A DNA stretch of 64,000 nt. Source: an uncultured Solirubrobacterales bacterium. Lineage in GTDB: Bacteria; Actinomycetota; Thermoleophilia; Solirubrobacterales; Solirubrobacteraceae. Under the pieces are notes generated by a model. The model made no database searches, had not been told where the DNA came from, and saw only the letters and a program-made list of their open reading frames with translations. The stretch spans positions 470,329-534,328 of the forward strand of contig CAWFHB010000003.1 of NCBI GenBank assembly GCA_963815565.1, read 5' to 3'. Both the position numbers and the translations under genes were made by a program. Below are positions 50,082-60,571 of this stretch, piece by piece (position 1 is the stretch's first letter; each line of letters begins with the position of its first letter).

Positions 50082-51550
50082 TCGAGTCCGTAGAGCCCGG
50101 CGTACTTCGTGCGCAGCTGCCGCAGGAGCGGCTCCGGGTCGAGCGCCTGCCCGGTCGCACGCTCGAGCAGCTCGGTCGGCTCGACGGTCCGGCCGTGGCG
50201 GTGGACGTGCTCGCGCAGCCACGCCCCGATCGCGCCGTACTCCCCGGCGGCGATCTGGTCGTCGAGGTCGGGGACCGCCGCGGTGAGCGCCTCCCAGAGC
50301 TGCGCCGAGACGATGTTGCCGATCGCGTAGGTGGGGAAGTAGCCGAGCTCGCCGAAGCTCCAGTGGATGTCCTGGAGGCAGCCGCGCGTGTCGTCCGGGA
50401 CCTCCACGCCGAGCAGCTCCCGCATGCCCGCGTTCCAGGCCTCCGGGAGATCGCGGACGGCGAGCGAGCCCTCGATCATCGCGACCTCGAGTCGGAAGCG
50501 GAGCAGGACGTGGAGCGAGTAGGTGACCTCGTCCGCGTCCACCCGGATCAGGCCGGGCTCGACCGCGTTGATCGCCCGCAGGAGGTCGCGGTCGGTGCAG
50601 TCGCCGACGCCCGCGCCGAACGTCTCCCGCAGCCGTGGCCCCCAGTGACGCCAGAACGGCTCGGAGCGACCGACGAGGTTCTCCCAGAGCCGGGACTGCG
50701 ACTCGTGGATGCCGAGCGAGACCCCGGTCTGCAGCGTCGTGCGTGCGAGTCCCGGGTCGATCTGATGCTCGTAGAGGCCGTGGCCGACCTCGTGCATCAC
50801 CGCGAAGAGCCCCTGCAGGTTCGCCTCCGAGTACCGCGCGGTGACCCGCACGTCCTGCGGGTTCAGCGAGGAAGCGAACGGGTGGACGGCGCGGTCGATC
50901 CGCCACGCCGACTCGTCGAAGCCGAACGTCCGGGCGATGTCACGGCCCAAGGCCTGCTGGCCGGCGACCGGAAAGGGACCGGGAAGGACCGGAGCGGGCT
51001 CTGCGGCTGCGATGTCGGCCACGAGCGGGACGAGCCCCGCCCGCAGCTGCTCGAAGACCTCGGCCACGCGGGCGGTCGTGAGCCCGGGCTCGAAGTTGTC
51101 CATGAGCGTGTCGTAGGGATGCTCGGCGTCATCGAAGCAGTCGACGTACCGGCGGCGCAGCTCGAGGTTCCGCTCGAGGAAGGGGCGGAAGAGCCCGAAG
51201 TCGTTCGTCGCGCGGGCGCGGGCCCAGGGCTCCTGCGCGCGGGCGGCGGCGAGCTCCATCTCGCGCGCGAGCCCGGCGGGCACGCGGCTCGCCTTCCGGT
51301 GATCCCGGCGCACCACGCGGACGATCGCCGCGTCGGTCTCGTCCTCGGGTTCGGCCGCGTCGAGGAGCGCGCCGAGCTCGGGCGCGACGAGCCGCTCGTG
51401 GCCGATGCTCGCGATGGTCGCCATGACCTCCCCGCGCGCCGGCCCACCGTGGGGCGGCATCTGCGTCTGCTGATCCCAGCCCAGTAGCGCCCCGGCCGCG
51501 CCCAGGTCGCTGAGCTCACCGAGCCGGGCGGCGAGCTCAGGCGACAGCAT
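50078..51550 (-). CDS. M32 family metallocarboxypeptidase
   Basis: LLGWDQQTQMP, HPFASS, MHEVGHGLYE (HEXXH), IHESQSRLWEN, IRVDADEVTY, QDIHWS...YFPTY. Confidence 0.95.
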   Translation of the reverse strand: MLSPELAARLGELSDLGAAGALLGWDQQTQMPPHGGPARGEVMATIASIGHERLVAPELGALLDAAEPEDETDAAIVRVVRRDHRKASRVPAGLAREMELAAARAQEPWARARATNDFGLFRPFLERNLELRRRYVDCFDDAEHPYDTLMDNFEPGLTTARVAEVFEQLRAGLVPLVADIAAAEPAPVLPGPFPVAGQQALGRDIARTFGFDESAWRIDRAVHPFASSLNPQDVRVTARYSEANLQGLFAVMHEVGHGLYEHQIDPGLARTTLQTGVSLGIHESQSRLWENLVGRSEPFWRHWGPRLRETFGAGVGDCTDRDLLRAINAVEPGLIRVDADEVTYSLHVLLRFRLEVAMIEGSLAVRDLPEAWNAGMRELLGVEVPDDTRGCLQDIHWSFGELGYFPTYAIGNIVSAQLWEALTAAVPDLDDQIAAGEYGAIGAWLREHVHRHGRTVEPTELLERATGQALDPEPLLRQLRTKYAGLYGLD

Positions 51551-52322
51551 GCTCGATGGCCCCCAGCGTCTCGATCTCGATCCGGATGACGTCCCCGCTC
51601 TTCAGGAACGTCCGCGGGTCCATCGACATGCCGACCCCGCTCGGCGTGCCGGTGAGGATGAGGTCCCCGGGCTCGAGCGTGATCGCCTCGCCGAGGAAGG
51701 CGACGAGCTCCGGGATGGAGAAGACGAGGTCGCTCGTGCGGGCGTCCTGGCGCGGCTGGCCGTTGACCCAGGTCTGCAGCCGCAGGTTCTCGGGGCGGGG
51801 CACCTCGTCGGCGGTGGTGATCCACGGGCCGTAGGGGCAGGAGGTGTCGAAGCCCTTCGCGCGCGTCCACTGGAGCTCGCGCTTCTGCAGGTCGCGGGCC
51901 GAGACGTCGTCGGCGACCGCGTACCCGGCGACCTCGCCGCCGGCCCCCATGACGACGACGAGCTCCCCCTCGTAGTCGAGGCGGGTGACGACCTCGGGGC
52001 AGTGGATCGGCCCGCTCGGTCCGGTCACGCTCGTCGGCGGCTTCATGAAGACGATCGGCTGGGACGGCGGCTCCTTGCCCTGCTCCTGCGCGTGCGCGAG
52101 GTAGTTGAGGCCGATGCCGTAGATCGCGCCGGGCCGCGCGACGGGTGCGAGCAGGGCGACCTCCGCGAGCGGTCGGGAGAGACCGTCGGCGGGGGTGCGG
52201 TCCCCGTCGGCCAGGCGGGAGAGCACGGTGCTCCCGTCGGTGAACGCGTGCACCTCCTCGCCACGGACCTCGCCCGCCTGGGGCTCGGGTCGGTCGGGGG
52301 CCATGAACGTCGCGAGCTTCAC
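51537..52322 (-). CDS. Fumarylacetoacetate hydrolase family protein
   Basis: IGLNYLAH, FMKPP, LDYEGELVVV, DDVSARDLQ, KGFDTSCPYGP, GDLILTGTPSGVG; TAGCTT 7 nt upstream of GTG. Confidence 0.93.
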   Translation of the reverse strand: MKLATFMAPDRPEPQAGEVRGEEVHAFTDGSTVLSRLADGDRTPADGLSRPLAEVALLAPVARPGAIYGIGLNYLAHAQEQGKEPPSQPIVFMKPPTSVTGPSGPIHCPEVVTRLDYEGELVVVMGAGGEVAGYAVADDVSARDLQKRELQWTRAKGFDTSCPYGPWITTADEVPRPENLRLQTWVNGQPRQDARTSDLVFSIPELVAFLGEAITLEPGDLILTGTPSGVGMSMDPRTFLKSGDVIRIEIETLGAIEHAVA

Positions 52323-52747
52323 GGCGGGGAAGCTATCGCGATCAGAGCCCGACGGACCGCGGCGTCCCGCTCCTCGGACTCCTCGTCGCTCCAGTGCCAC
52401 TGCACGCCGTCGGTGATCTCGAAATGGCGGTTGCCGTGCTCCTGCACCCGGTCGACCTCCAGGGAGACCCCGACCACGTTCTCGGCTCCCGGGAGCGGCT
52501 CCGCGACGACCCGGGCGAGCCCCTCCGCGGTGAGCGCGACGTCGCCTGCGGCCAGGACGGTCAGCGACACGCGCGGCACCTCGCGCAGCCGCACCAGCGA
52601 CTCCCGCCGCGGGGCCAACGCGAGCACGACACGGGCGTCGCCAGCCCGCAGGGCGGCCGAGACGGGGATCACGTGCGGAGCCCCCTCTCCGCCCGTGGCC
52701 AGGAACGTGACGGTGCCCGCGGGCCAGTCCGGCAGCGTGATGCTCAT
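52319..52747 (-). CDS. Pyridoxamine 5'-phosphate oxidase / split-barrel flavin-binding family protein
   Basis: VTFLATGGEGAPHVIPVS...SLVRLREVPRVSLTV. Confidence 0.75.
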   Translation of the reverse strand: MSITLPDWPAGTVTFLATGGEGAPHVIPVSAALRAGDARVVLALAPRRESLVRLREVPRVSLTVLAAGDVALTAEGLARVVAEPLPGAENVVGVSLEVDRVQEHGNRHFEITDGVQWHWSDEESEERDAAVRRALIAIASPP

Positions 52748-52878
52748 ACCCGCGACCTACCCCGCCCCTCGTCGCCGGAACCTGACCGTGTCGACGGAGC
52801 ACGCGCGACGGAAATCCTGTTCTATGACGAAACACGGGGCCGCCTGGGAGGCGGCCCGTCCCCGGAGGAGAGCGATAC

Positions 52879-54359
52879 ATGCAGCAGCTGAGCAGCCTGG
52901 ACACGCAGTTCCTGGCCATCGAGAGCCCGACGACCTACGGGCACGTCTCCGGGCTCGCGATCCTCGACCCGTCCGACCGTCCCGGCGGCAAACTGACCCT
53001 CGACGACTTCCGGGCCGCGATCGAGGAGCGCCTGTACCTGCTGCCGCTCATGAAGAACCAGCTCCACACGGTGCCGTTCGGGCTCGACCGGCCCTACTGG
53101 GTGGAGGATCCGCGCTTCGACATCACCTACCACGTCCGCGAGCTCGCCCTGCCCGCACCGGGCTCCGACGCGCAGCTCGCCGAGCAGGTCGAGCGCATCT
53201 TCTCCCGACCGCTCGACCGGGACCGCCCGCTGTGGGAGCTCTACCTGATCCAGGGGCTGCCCGAAGGCCGGGTCGCCTTCATGACGAAGGTCCACCACGC
53301 CCTCGTCGACGGCATGTCGGGCGCGGAGATCATGGGCGTCCTCTACGACCTCTCGCCCGACGGGCGCGAGCTCGAGGCGACGTGACCCGCACGAGGTTCC
53401 CGAGCCGCCGGGGCCGCTGAACATGCTCGCGCGCGGCCTCGCGTCGCTGCCGGCCACCCCGGTCCGCGTGGCCAAGGCGCTCCCGAACACGCTGCCGAAC
53501 ATCGACGTCGTCCCGTCGGTCCTCGGCGTCCCCGGCGTCGAGGCGACGAGCCGGATGCTCTCCCGCATGCGCGGCATGATCAGCTCGGGCGGTGACGGCG
53601 AGGTCGTCGAGCGCCCGAAGATGCACGCCCCGAAGGTGCCGTTCTCCAAGCGGATCTCCCCCCACCGCAAGTTCGCCTTCGGCACCCTCGAGCTGTCGAA
53701 GATCAAGCGGGTCAAGAGCCACTACGGCGTCACCGTCAACGACGTCGTCGTCGCGCTCACGGCCGCGGCCACGCGCGAATGGCTCGTCAAGCACGACGCC
53801 CTCCCGGACGTTCCTCTGCTCGCGCAGATCCCGGTCTCGGTCCGCACCGACGAGGAGGCGGGAACCTTCGGCAACAAGATCAGCGTGATGATCGTGCCCG
53901 GTCCCGACCGACGTCGCGGACCCGGCCGAGCGGGTGCAGGCCGCGCACGACTCGCTGAAGGCCGCGAAGGTGCGCCACAAGGCGCTGCCGGCCCGCGCGC
54001 TCCAGGACATCACCGCGTTCATCCCCCCGGCGATCAACGCGCGCGCCGCGCGCGTGGCGCTCCAGCTCTCCTCGAGCCCGGCCCTGCGGCCGCTCTACAA
54101 CATGGTCATCTCGAACGTCCCGGGGCCGCCGATCCCGATCTACCTGGCGGGCGCGAAGCTCGTGGCGAACTACCCGATCTCGGTGATCACCGACGGCGCG
54201 GGGCTGAACGTGACCGTGCTCTCGTACATGGACCGCGTGGACTTCGGCATCGTCGCCGACCGCGAGCAGATGCCGGACCTGCAGGAGCTCGTCGAATCCG
54301 CCCGGACGGCCCTGGACGAGCTCGACGCGCTGGTCGACGCCGCGGAGGCGGCCGCTTAG
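52879..54359 (+). CDS. Wax ester synthase/diacylglycerol acyltransferase (WS/DGAT), frameshifts near 53380 and 53900
   Basis: MQQLSSLDTQFL, PLDRDRPLWE, KVHHALVDG catalytic motif, VTVNDVV, IPVSVR, FGNKIS, VISNVPGP, GLNVTVLSY. Confidence 0.92.
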
Positions 54360-55241
54360 GCGGCGCGGAGCACGGCGCGCCGCGTGGAGTGCCGCTCGCG
54401 GCGGGCGCGGGCGGCGTGGCGCTCGATGAAGCGCGCGAGCTGCATCGGACGCTCGCGCTGCGGGTGGTGCCCCATGCCCGCCCAGATCTCGCAGTGGGCC
54501 TGCGGGAACGCGCGCCGGAGCGCGTCGACGTGCGCGGGCGGGACGAGCGCGTCGTGCTCTCCCCACAGCGCGGCGACGGGGCCGGTGAAGTCGATCTCGC
54601 GCTCGGCGAAGGCGCGCTTCGAGCGGCCGGCGGCGGCGATCGCCTGCACGGCCGCGGAGACCCCGGGGCCGGAGCGGAACGAGCGGCGGACGACGCGGCC
54701 CATGAGGTCGCGGCTCGGCAGCCGGTGGTGGGCGACGAACGTGGTGTAGGCGGCGGTCACCGTGAGCGGGTTCACGAGCGCGACCGGCAGCGCGAGCTCG
54801 GCGGCCTGCCGGACCCCCGGGAGCATCATGAGCTCGGCGAGCTTGATCGGGCCGAACCCCGCCGGGGCCATGAGCGTGAGGGCGCGAACGTCGGGCGAGC
54901 GCTCGGAGACCGCGGCGGCGACGGCGCCGCCCAGCGAGTGGCCGACGAGCGTGAACGGTCCGAGATCGAGCTGCTCGAGCCCTTCGCACGACGGCCTCGG
55001 CGTAGGCGGAGATGCGCGGTCGGGTCGGGAGCGACGAGCCGCCGAACCCTGGAAGGTCGATCGCGATGCACGGGCGGTGCGTGTCGCGCGCCAGCTGCAT
55101 CCAGCCCTCGGAGTCGTCGAGGAGTCCGTGGAGCAGCACGAGCGGCCGCCCGCGTCCCGGCCACGACCGGACCCGGAGCGTGCGCCCCGCGCTGAGGCGG
55201 AGGTCACGGATCTCGTGGGGTCGGTTCGCAGGAATGGGCAT
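54356..55241 (-). CDS. Alpha/beta hydrolase, one frameshift near 54985
   Basis: VLLHGLLD, DLPGFGGS, then GHSLGG, WGEHDALVP, MGHHPQRE in ORF 54356-55207. Confidence 0.88.
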
Positions 55242-55333
55242 CGTCTAGGAGTACATCGGCAGGACCGGACTGTTTCCCAAGCCTGGCACAGCGGCGTTCT
55301 TGCGCGAGCCGGTCCTTCGTCCAGCGCGGTGAC

Positions 55334-56588
55334 GTGATCGTCAAGCGTGCTCGCCCGGCCCGCCGACCCGACCCCGCATGGTCCGTTCGCCGTCTGCTGC
55401 CGCTCCTCCTGCTGCTGAGCGCTGCTCCCGGCGGCTCGGGCGGCGGCCGCGAGCGGGACCCCGGCGGCTGGCCGCGCACGCTCCAGCTCGGCGTCCGGGA
55501 CGAGGAGGGCGGCGCGGCCGCGCTCGGAGTCCCGCGCCCGGCTCGGGCTGCGCTACCACTACCTCTCGGGCGGCGCCGAGCCCGGGCGGGGCTGGCAGAC
55601 GTGGGCCGACGGGGGCGGCTCCTTCGTCTCGAAGTTCATCGACGACTCGGTGCGGCACGGGTTCCGGCCCGTCTTCTCGCTCTACCAGCTGCGGGAGACC
55701 GGGCGGGGCGCCGCGATGGAGGAGGAGCGGGGGATCCTCACGAACCTGCGCTCCCGCGGGACGATGCGGACCTACTTCGAGGACGTGCGACTGTTCATGC
55801 GGAAGGCCGGGGAGACCGGGCAGCGGACGGTGCTCCACGTCGAGCCGGACATCTGGGGTTACCTCCAGCGGAGCTCGGGCGGGGACCCACGCCGCAGCCC
55901 GGCCGCCGTGGCGCGCACCGGGCTGCCGGAGCTCCGAGGCCTGCCGGACGACGCGAGCGGGTTCGCCCGTGCGTTCGACCGGATGCGCGACCGCTACGCG
56001 CCGAAGGTCGTCCTCGGCTACCACCTGAGCGTGTGGGGCACCGGCGAGGATCCGGCCTACTCGAACCCGTCCGACGCCCGGATCGACGAGCTCGCCACGA
56101 GCTCCGCCCGCTTCTTCACGCGCCTCCGGACGGACTTCGACCTCGTCTTCGCCGAGCTCTCCGACCGTGACGCCGGCTACCGCGAGAAGGTCGACGGCGA
56201 CGGTGGCGCCTCCCGATGGGACGCCGGGGACTTCGTGCGCCAGGCCCGGTATCTCGCCGGGATGGCCGCGCAGACCCGGCGCCGGATCGTGCTCTGGCAG
56301 ATCCCCCTCGGCAACTCGCGACAGGACGACACGCCGTTCCACTACCGCGACAACCGCGTCGAGACGCTGCTCGGGACGGGCTCGCGGTCCACGGCGCTGC
56401 GCCGGCGGTACGCGCGGGCCGGGGTGATCGGGATGCTCTTCGGGAACGCGATCGCCCGGAACACGGGGATCCGCGACGAGGACGGGGACGGGAGGGCCGA
56501 CGACGGAGGTGTCTTCGTGCGCCTGGCGAGCGCGTACCTGCGGCGCCCGGTCGCACTGCCTCACACGCGAACACTGAGGCGGCCGTGA
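55334..56588 (+). CDS. Secreted putative TIM-barrel glycoside-hydrolase-like protein; frameshift near 55540, start uncertain
   Basis: Signal-like RRLLPLLLLLSAAP; RYHYLSGG...GWQTW, PVFSLYQL, VLHVEPDIWGY, SDRDAG, LWQIPLGN. Confidence 0.65.
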
Positions 56589-56611
56589 GGTCCCGCTGCT
56601 AGAGAGCAGGC

Positions 56612-57402
56612 ATGACCCTCACGCTCGGAACCGGACCCCTCGCCGCCCGCGGCTCGACCGCGGAGCTGAACTTCTCGCTCGCGGACGCCCCGAAGCACCG
56701 CATCGTCTTCCAGCCCGACCCGCGACGGCTGCGGGCGGTCGTCGGCGACACGGTGGTCCTCGACACCGTCCGCGCGCACCTGCTGCACGAGAGCCAGATG
56801 CTCCCCCGGATCTACGCCCCGCTCGAGGACTACCTGGCAGAGCGCGCTCACCCCCACCGACACGACGACGCACTGCCCGTTCAAGGGCGACGCGAACTAC
56901 TGGACCGTCCGTGCGGACGGCCGTGAGCTCGTCGACGGCCTCTGGGGGTACGCGAAGCCGACCGCGGAGGCACCCGTTCCTGAAGGGGTTCGCCTCGCTG
57001 TACGAGGACGAGGTGGACGCCTGGTTCGTCGAGGAGGACCGCATCGTGGGCCACCTCAAGGACCCCTACCACCGGGTCGACGCCCACCCGAGCACCCGCG
57101 CGGTCGTCGTGCGCGTGAACGGCGAGGAGGTCGCCCGGAGCGCCCGCCCGATCCTCGTCTTCGAGACCGGGCTGCCCGTGCGCGCCTACGTCCCGCCGGC
57201 CGACGTGCGCCCCGGAGCGGTCAGCGCGGGGAGCGGTCAGCGGAGCGTCTGCCCGTACAAGGGCGAGGCGACGTACTGGACCGTCGGCGGGGTCGAGGAC
57301 GCGGCGTGGAGCTACGAGTCGCCGCTCCCCGACGTGCTCCGCGCGCAGGGCCATCTCGCCTTCGACGACGCCGTGGCCGGGGTCGAGATCGAGCTGGGGT
57401 AG
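56612..57402 (+). CDS. Tandem DUF427 domain protein, frameshifted around 56850-56980
   Basis: RRLRAVVGDTVVLDT...LLHE; CPFKGDANYW in a shifted frame; HLKDPYHRVD, LVFETGLPVRAYVP, CPYKGEATYW. Confidence 0.85.
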
Positions 57403-57448
57403 CCGCGGCCGGGCGTGCCGACCCTGCCGAGCGGGCAGACTGGGGACG

Positions 57449-59095
57449 ATGACGCCCCGCCGCCTCGCGCTCGCCCTCGCCGCAGGCCTCGCGCTGGCCG
57501 ACGCCTCGATCGTCACGCTCGCCCTCCCCGAGCTGCTCGCCGACTTCTCCACCACGGTCGAGGGGGTGGCCGCGGTCATCGGGGTCTACACCGTCGTCCT
57601 CGCCGCGGCGCTCATCCCGGCGGAGCGCCTCATGCGGAGCTTCGGGCCGCGCACGGTGGGGGCCGCCGGGTTCGCGCTCTTCGCGGCCGCGTCTCTGGCC
57701 TGCGGCCTGGCCGGCTCGCTCACCGCCCTGCTCGTCTTCCGCGGCGCGCAGGCCGTCGGTGGCGCCGCCGGGCTCGTCGCCGCGTTCGCGCTGCTCACCG
57801 GCAGGGGGCACGACGGGCTCTCCGCGCGCTCGCTCTGGCTCGGGGTCGCGGTGCTCTCGGCGGCGATCGGCCCGGCGCTCGGCGGCGCCCTCACCCAGCT
57901 CTTCTCGTGGGAGGCGATCTTCCTCGCGCAGGTGCCGCTGGCCGGGCTCGCCGCGGTCGCGGCGGGGGGAGCGCTCGAGCCCCGCCCCGGCTCCCTCGCC
58001 CCCGCCGTGCGCCGCTCGTGGACGGCCGGGATCGCCCTGGCGCTCGTCTCCGCCGCGCTGACGGCGGTGCTCTTCCTGCTCGTCCTGCTGCTCGTCGCGG
58101 GCTGGGGCGTCGAGCCGCTCCGAGCGGCCGTGGCGGTCACCGTGCTCCCGCTCGGGGCGCTCGCCGGATCGCGCATCGAGGGCCCGGCCCGGATTCGCGC
58201 CGCGTCGGGGTGTCTGCTCGTCGGCGGCGGGACGATCGCGCTCGCGTTCCTCCCCGACGCGAACCTCGGCTGGACGATCATCCCCCAGGTGGTCGCCGGC
58301 CTCGGGATGGGGCTCGCGCTCCCGGCCCTCGGCGGCGAGCTGCTGCCCGAGCGCGATGCGGCCGACGCCGCCTGGCTGCTCACCATGCGCCACGCGGGGA
58401 TCGCGGTCGCGCTCGTGCTGCTCGCGCCGATCACGGCCGACCGGCTCGACGCCGCCACCGAGCGGGCGCGGGAGCGTGGCGTCGCCCTCGTGCTCGACGC
58501 GCAGCTGCCGCCGACCGACAAGCTCTCCCTGGCCCCTGACCTGCTGAGCGGCGTGGAGGCCGAGCAGCCCCGGGCCGGGCTGCAGGACGCGCTCGCCGCC
58601 CAGGCCGACCGCTACGACGCGGGGACGAAGGAGCGGCAGGTGCTCGAGGAGCTGGGCGCACGGGCCGACGACACCCTCGTGGCCGCCGTCGGCGAGTCCT
58701 TCCTCTTCGCCTTCCTCATCACGGGCGGGCTCGCGATCGTCGGTGGGCTCCTGCTGCTGCCGGGGGCGCGGCGCCCCGGGTGGGCGGCCGTCGCCGTCGC
58801 GGTCGGCGGCGCCGCGGTCGCCTTCACCGGGATCGAGCGGACGCAGGTCGCGCCGGAGAAGGTCGTGATCGCGGATCCGTGCGAGCGCCGGGCGCTCCCG
58901 GAGACGGACGGCATCACGGGCTTCCTCCAGGACAGGGCGCTCGCGCAGATCGACAAGTCAGCCTGCAAGATCGGGGCCACCCGCGAGGAGTACGTGCTCG
59001 CGCTCACCGACCCGGCCGCCGCGGCGGCGTTCACCGAGCGGTACGGCGTGGATCCGCGCTCCACCCAGGGCATCCTCGACGCGTTGCTCGGGTAG
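57449..59095 (+). CDS. MFS-type transporter with a large soluble insertion and a C-terminal Cys-pair domain
   Basis: ADASIVTLALPEL, FRGAQAVGGA, IGPALGGALTQLFSWEAIF; polar insertion and C-terminal DPC...SAC domain. Confidence 0.85.
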   Translation: MTPRRLALALAAGLALADASIVTLALPELLADFSTTVEGVAAVIGVYTVVLAAALIPAERLMRSFGPRTVGAAGFALFAAASLACGLAGSLTALLVFRGAQAVGGAAGLVAAFALLTGRGHDGLSARSLWLGVAVLSAAIGPALGGALTQLFSWEAIFLAQVPLAGLAAVAAGGALEPRPGSLAPAVRRSWTAGIALALVSAALTAVLFLLVLLLVAGWGVEPLRAAVAVTVLPLGALAGSRIEGPARIRAASGCLLVGGGTIALAFLPDANLGWTIIPQVVAGLGMGLALPALGGELLPERDAADAAWLLTMRHAGIAVALVLLAPITADRLDAATERARERGVALVLDAQLPPTDKLSLAPDLLSGVEAEQPRAGLQDALAAQADRYDAGTKERQVLEELGARADDTLVAAVGESFLFAFLITGGLAIVGGLLLLPGARRPGWAAVAVAVGGAAVAFTGIERTQVAPEKVVIADPCERRALPETDGITGFLQDRALAQIDKSACKIGATREEYVLALTDPAAAAAFTERYGVDPRSTQGILDALLG

Positions 59096-59144
59096 GTCCT
59101 CGCAGGATGAGGACGGAACCTGTGCGTTGTCACAATGGCGCGGC

Positions 59145-59690
59145 ATGAGCTCGCTGCGCGGCAAGCTGCTGATCGCCTCCCCGGCGCTCCTCGACCCGAA
59201 CTTCGCCCGGAGCGTCGTGCTCATCGCCGAGCACACGTCCGGAGGCGCGATGGGGCTCGTCCTGAACCGTCCCTCCGACCAGGAGGTCGCGGGGTCGGTG
59301 GAGGAGCTCGGCGAGGTCGTCGCGACCGGGGATCTCGTCTACGAGGGCGGCCCCGTGCAGCCCGCCGCGGTGATGGTGCTCGCGGAGTTCAACGATCCGC
59401 GCGCCTCGGCCGCGATCGTGCTCGGGGACGTCGGCTTCCTCCCCTCCGAGGGCACCTCGGATCTGCTCGCCGACGGGCTCCGTCGTGCCCGCGTGTTCGC
59501 CGGCCATTCCGGCTGGGGCGCGGGTCAGCTCGACGCGGAGCTCGACGAGGGCTCCTGGCTCGTCGTCGAGGCGCACATCGACGACATCTTCGCGCCGGAT
59601 CCCGACGAGCTCTGGAGCGAGGCGCTCGAACGGAAAGGCGGCGCGTACGCGCGCCTCGCCCGGATCCCGGACGACCCCTCCGTGAACTAG
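59145..59690 (+). CDS. YqgE/AlgH (DUF179) family protein
   Basis: LLIASPALLDPNFARSVVLI, GLVLNRP, EGGPV, FAGHSGWGAGQLDAELDEGSW, PDDPSVN. Confidence 0.93.
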   Translation: MSSLRGKLLIASPALLDPNFARSVVLIAEHTSGGAMGLVLNRPSDQEVAGSVEELGEVVATGDLVYEGGPVQPAAVMVLAEFNDPRASAAIVLGDVGFLPSEGTSDLLADGLRRARVFAGHSGWGAGQLDAELDEGSWLVVEAHIDDIFAPDPDELWSEALERKGGAYARLARIPDDPSVN

Positions 59691-60568
59691 AAAGAAGCGG
59701 CCGCGGCGCGGCCGCTGCGCAGCGCCGCTCCGGCGTCGGTGCCGCCGCACCAGTCACCCGCCGCGAGCAGGGTCCCGCTGCGCAGGAAGGGCTCGGCGAG
59801 CGGGGTGAGCGGGCGGGCGTAGCGCCAGCGGTGCGCCGCGAGGTGGACCGGCGGCGGAAGCTCCATGCCGACCACCGTGGCGAAGCGGGCCAGCAGGTCG
59901 GCGGCGACCGTCCCGGCCTCCTCCTCGAGCAGTGCCGTGGAGAGCTCGGTGTCCGCCTGGAGCACCCAGCGCTCCCCCGGCTCACGACCGGGCTTGGACG
60001 CTTCGGCCACCGCCCAGGCGAGGCCGCCGATCCCCCGGGCGACGGTCCGTGGAAGGTCGAGCGCCTCGTTCCAGGCCACCATCGCGACCCAGCCGGGTGC
60101 GAAGTCGACGGCGCCGGCCCTCGCGGCGAGTTCGGGATCGGGGAGCAGCTCCGCGGCCTGGGGCGCGGGCGCGGTGACGACCACCGCGTCGAAGTCCCCG
60201 AGCGCAGCTTCGTCATCCTCGACGAGCGAGAAGCCGGAGCCGACGGGCACGATCGCCCCCACCCGGACGCCGGAACGTAGGTCGAGCCCCTCCGCCAGCG
60301 CCTTCGCGGGGGCGTTGCCCGCGGGCGCCCCGACGGTGCCGCCCTCGTGCTGGGCCAGCGCGGGTGCGGCGTCGAGCGTCAACGCATGCTCACCGCCGTG
60401 GAGGAAGGGCGCACCGTGGTCGAAGCGGCCGTGCGGGCTGCGCCGCGTCGAGGTCCGGCCGCCCGCCCCACGGGACTTCTCGAAGACGACGACCTCGTGC
60501 CCGGCGACCGTGAGGTCGCGCGCCGCCGCGAGCCCGGCGAGCCCGGCTCCGACGATCGCGACGCGCAC
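59687..60568 (-). CDS. Renalase-like NAD/FAD-dependent oxidoreductase
   Basis: IVGAGLAGL, FEKSRGAGGRTSTRR, FDHGA, AHRWRYA, AGDWC. Confidence 0.9.
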   Translation of the reverse strand: MRVAIVGAGLAGLAAARDLTVAGHEVVVFEKSRGAGGRTSTRRSPHGRFDHGAPFLHGGEHALTLDAAPALAQHEGGTVGAPAGNAPAKALAEGLDLRSGVRVGAIVPVGSGFSLVEDDEAALGDFDAVVVTAPAPQAAELLPDPELAARAGAVDFAPGWVAMVAWNEALDLPRTVARGIGGLAWAVAEASKPGREPGERWVLQADTELSTALLEEEAGTVAADLLARFATVVGMELPPPVHLAAHRWRYARPLTPLAEPFLRSGTLLAAGDWCGGTDAGAALRSGRAAAASF

Positions 60569-60571
60569 GGG

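Noticed and set aside
42000-51487. Further 500-770 aa overlapping ORFs (42000-43769, 43718-45553, 46822-49005 beyond the TetR part, 48624-50906, 49184-51487)
   Set aside because: Same GC-driven shadow effect; each overlaps a gene with clear family motifs
53383-53385. TGA readthrough or selenocysteine in WS/DGAT
   Set aside because: The downstream coding sequence is in a different frame, so a frameshift, not readthrough, is needed
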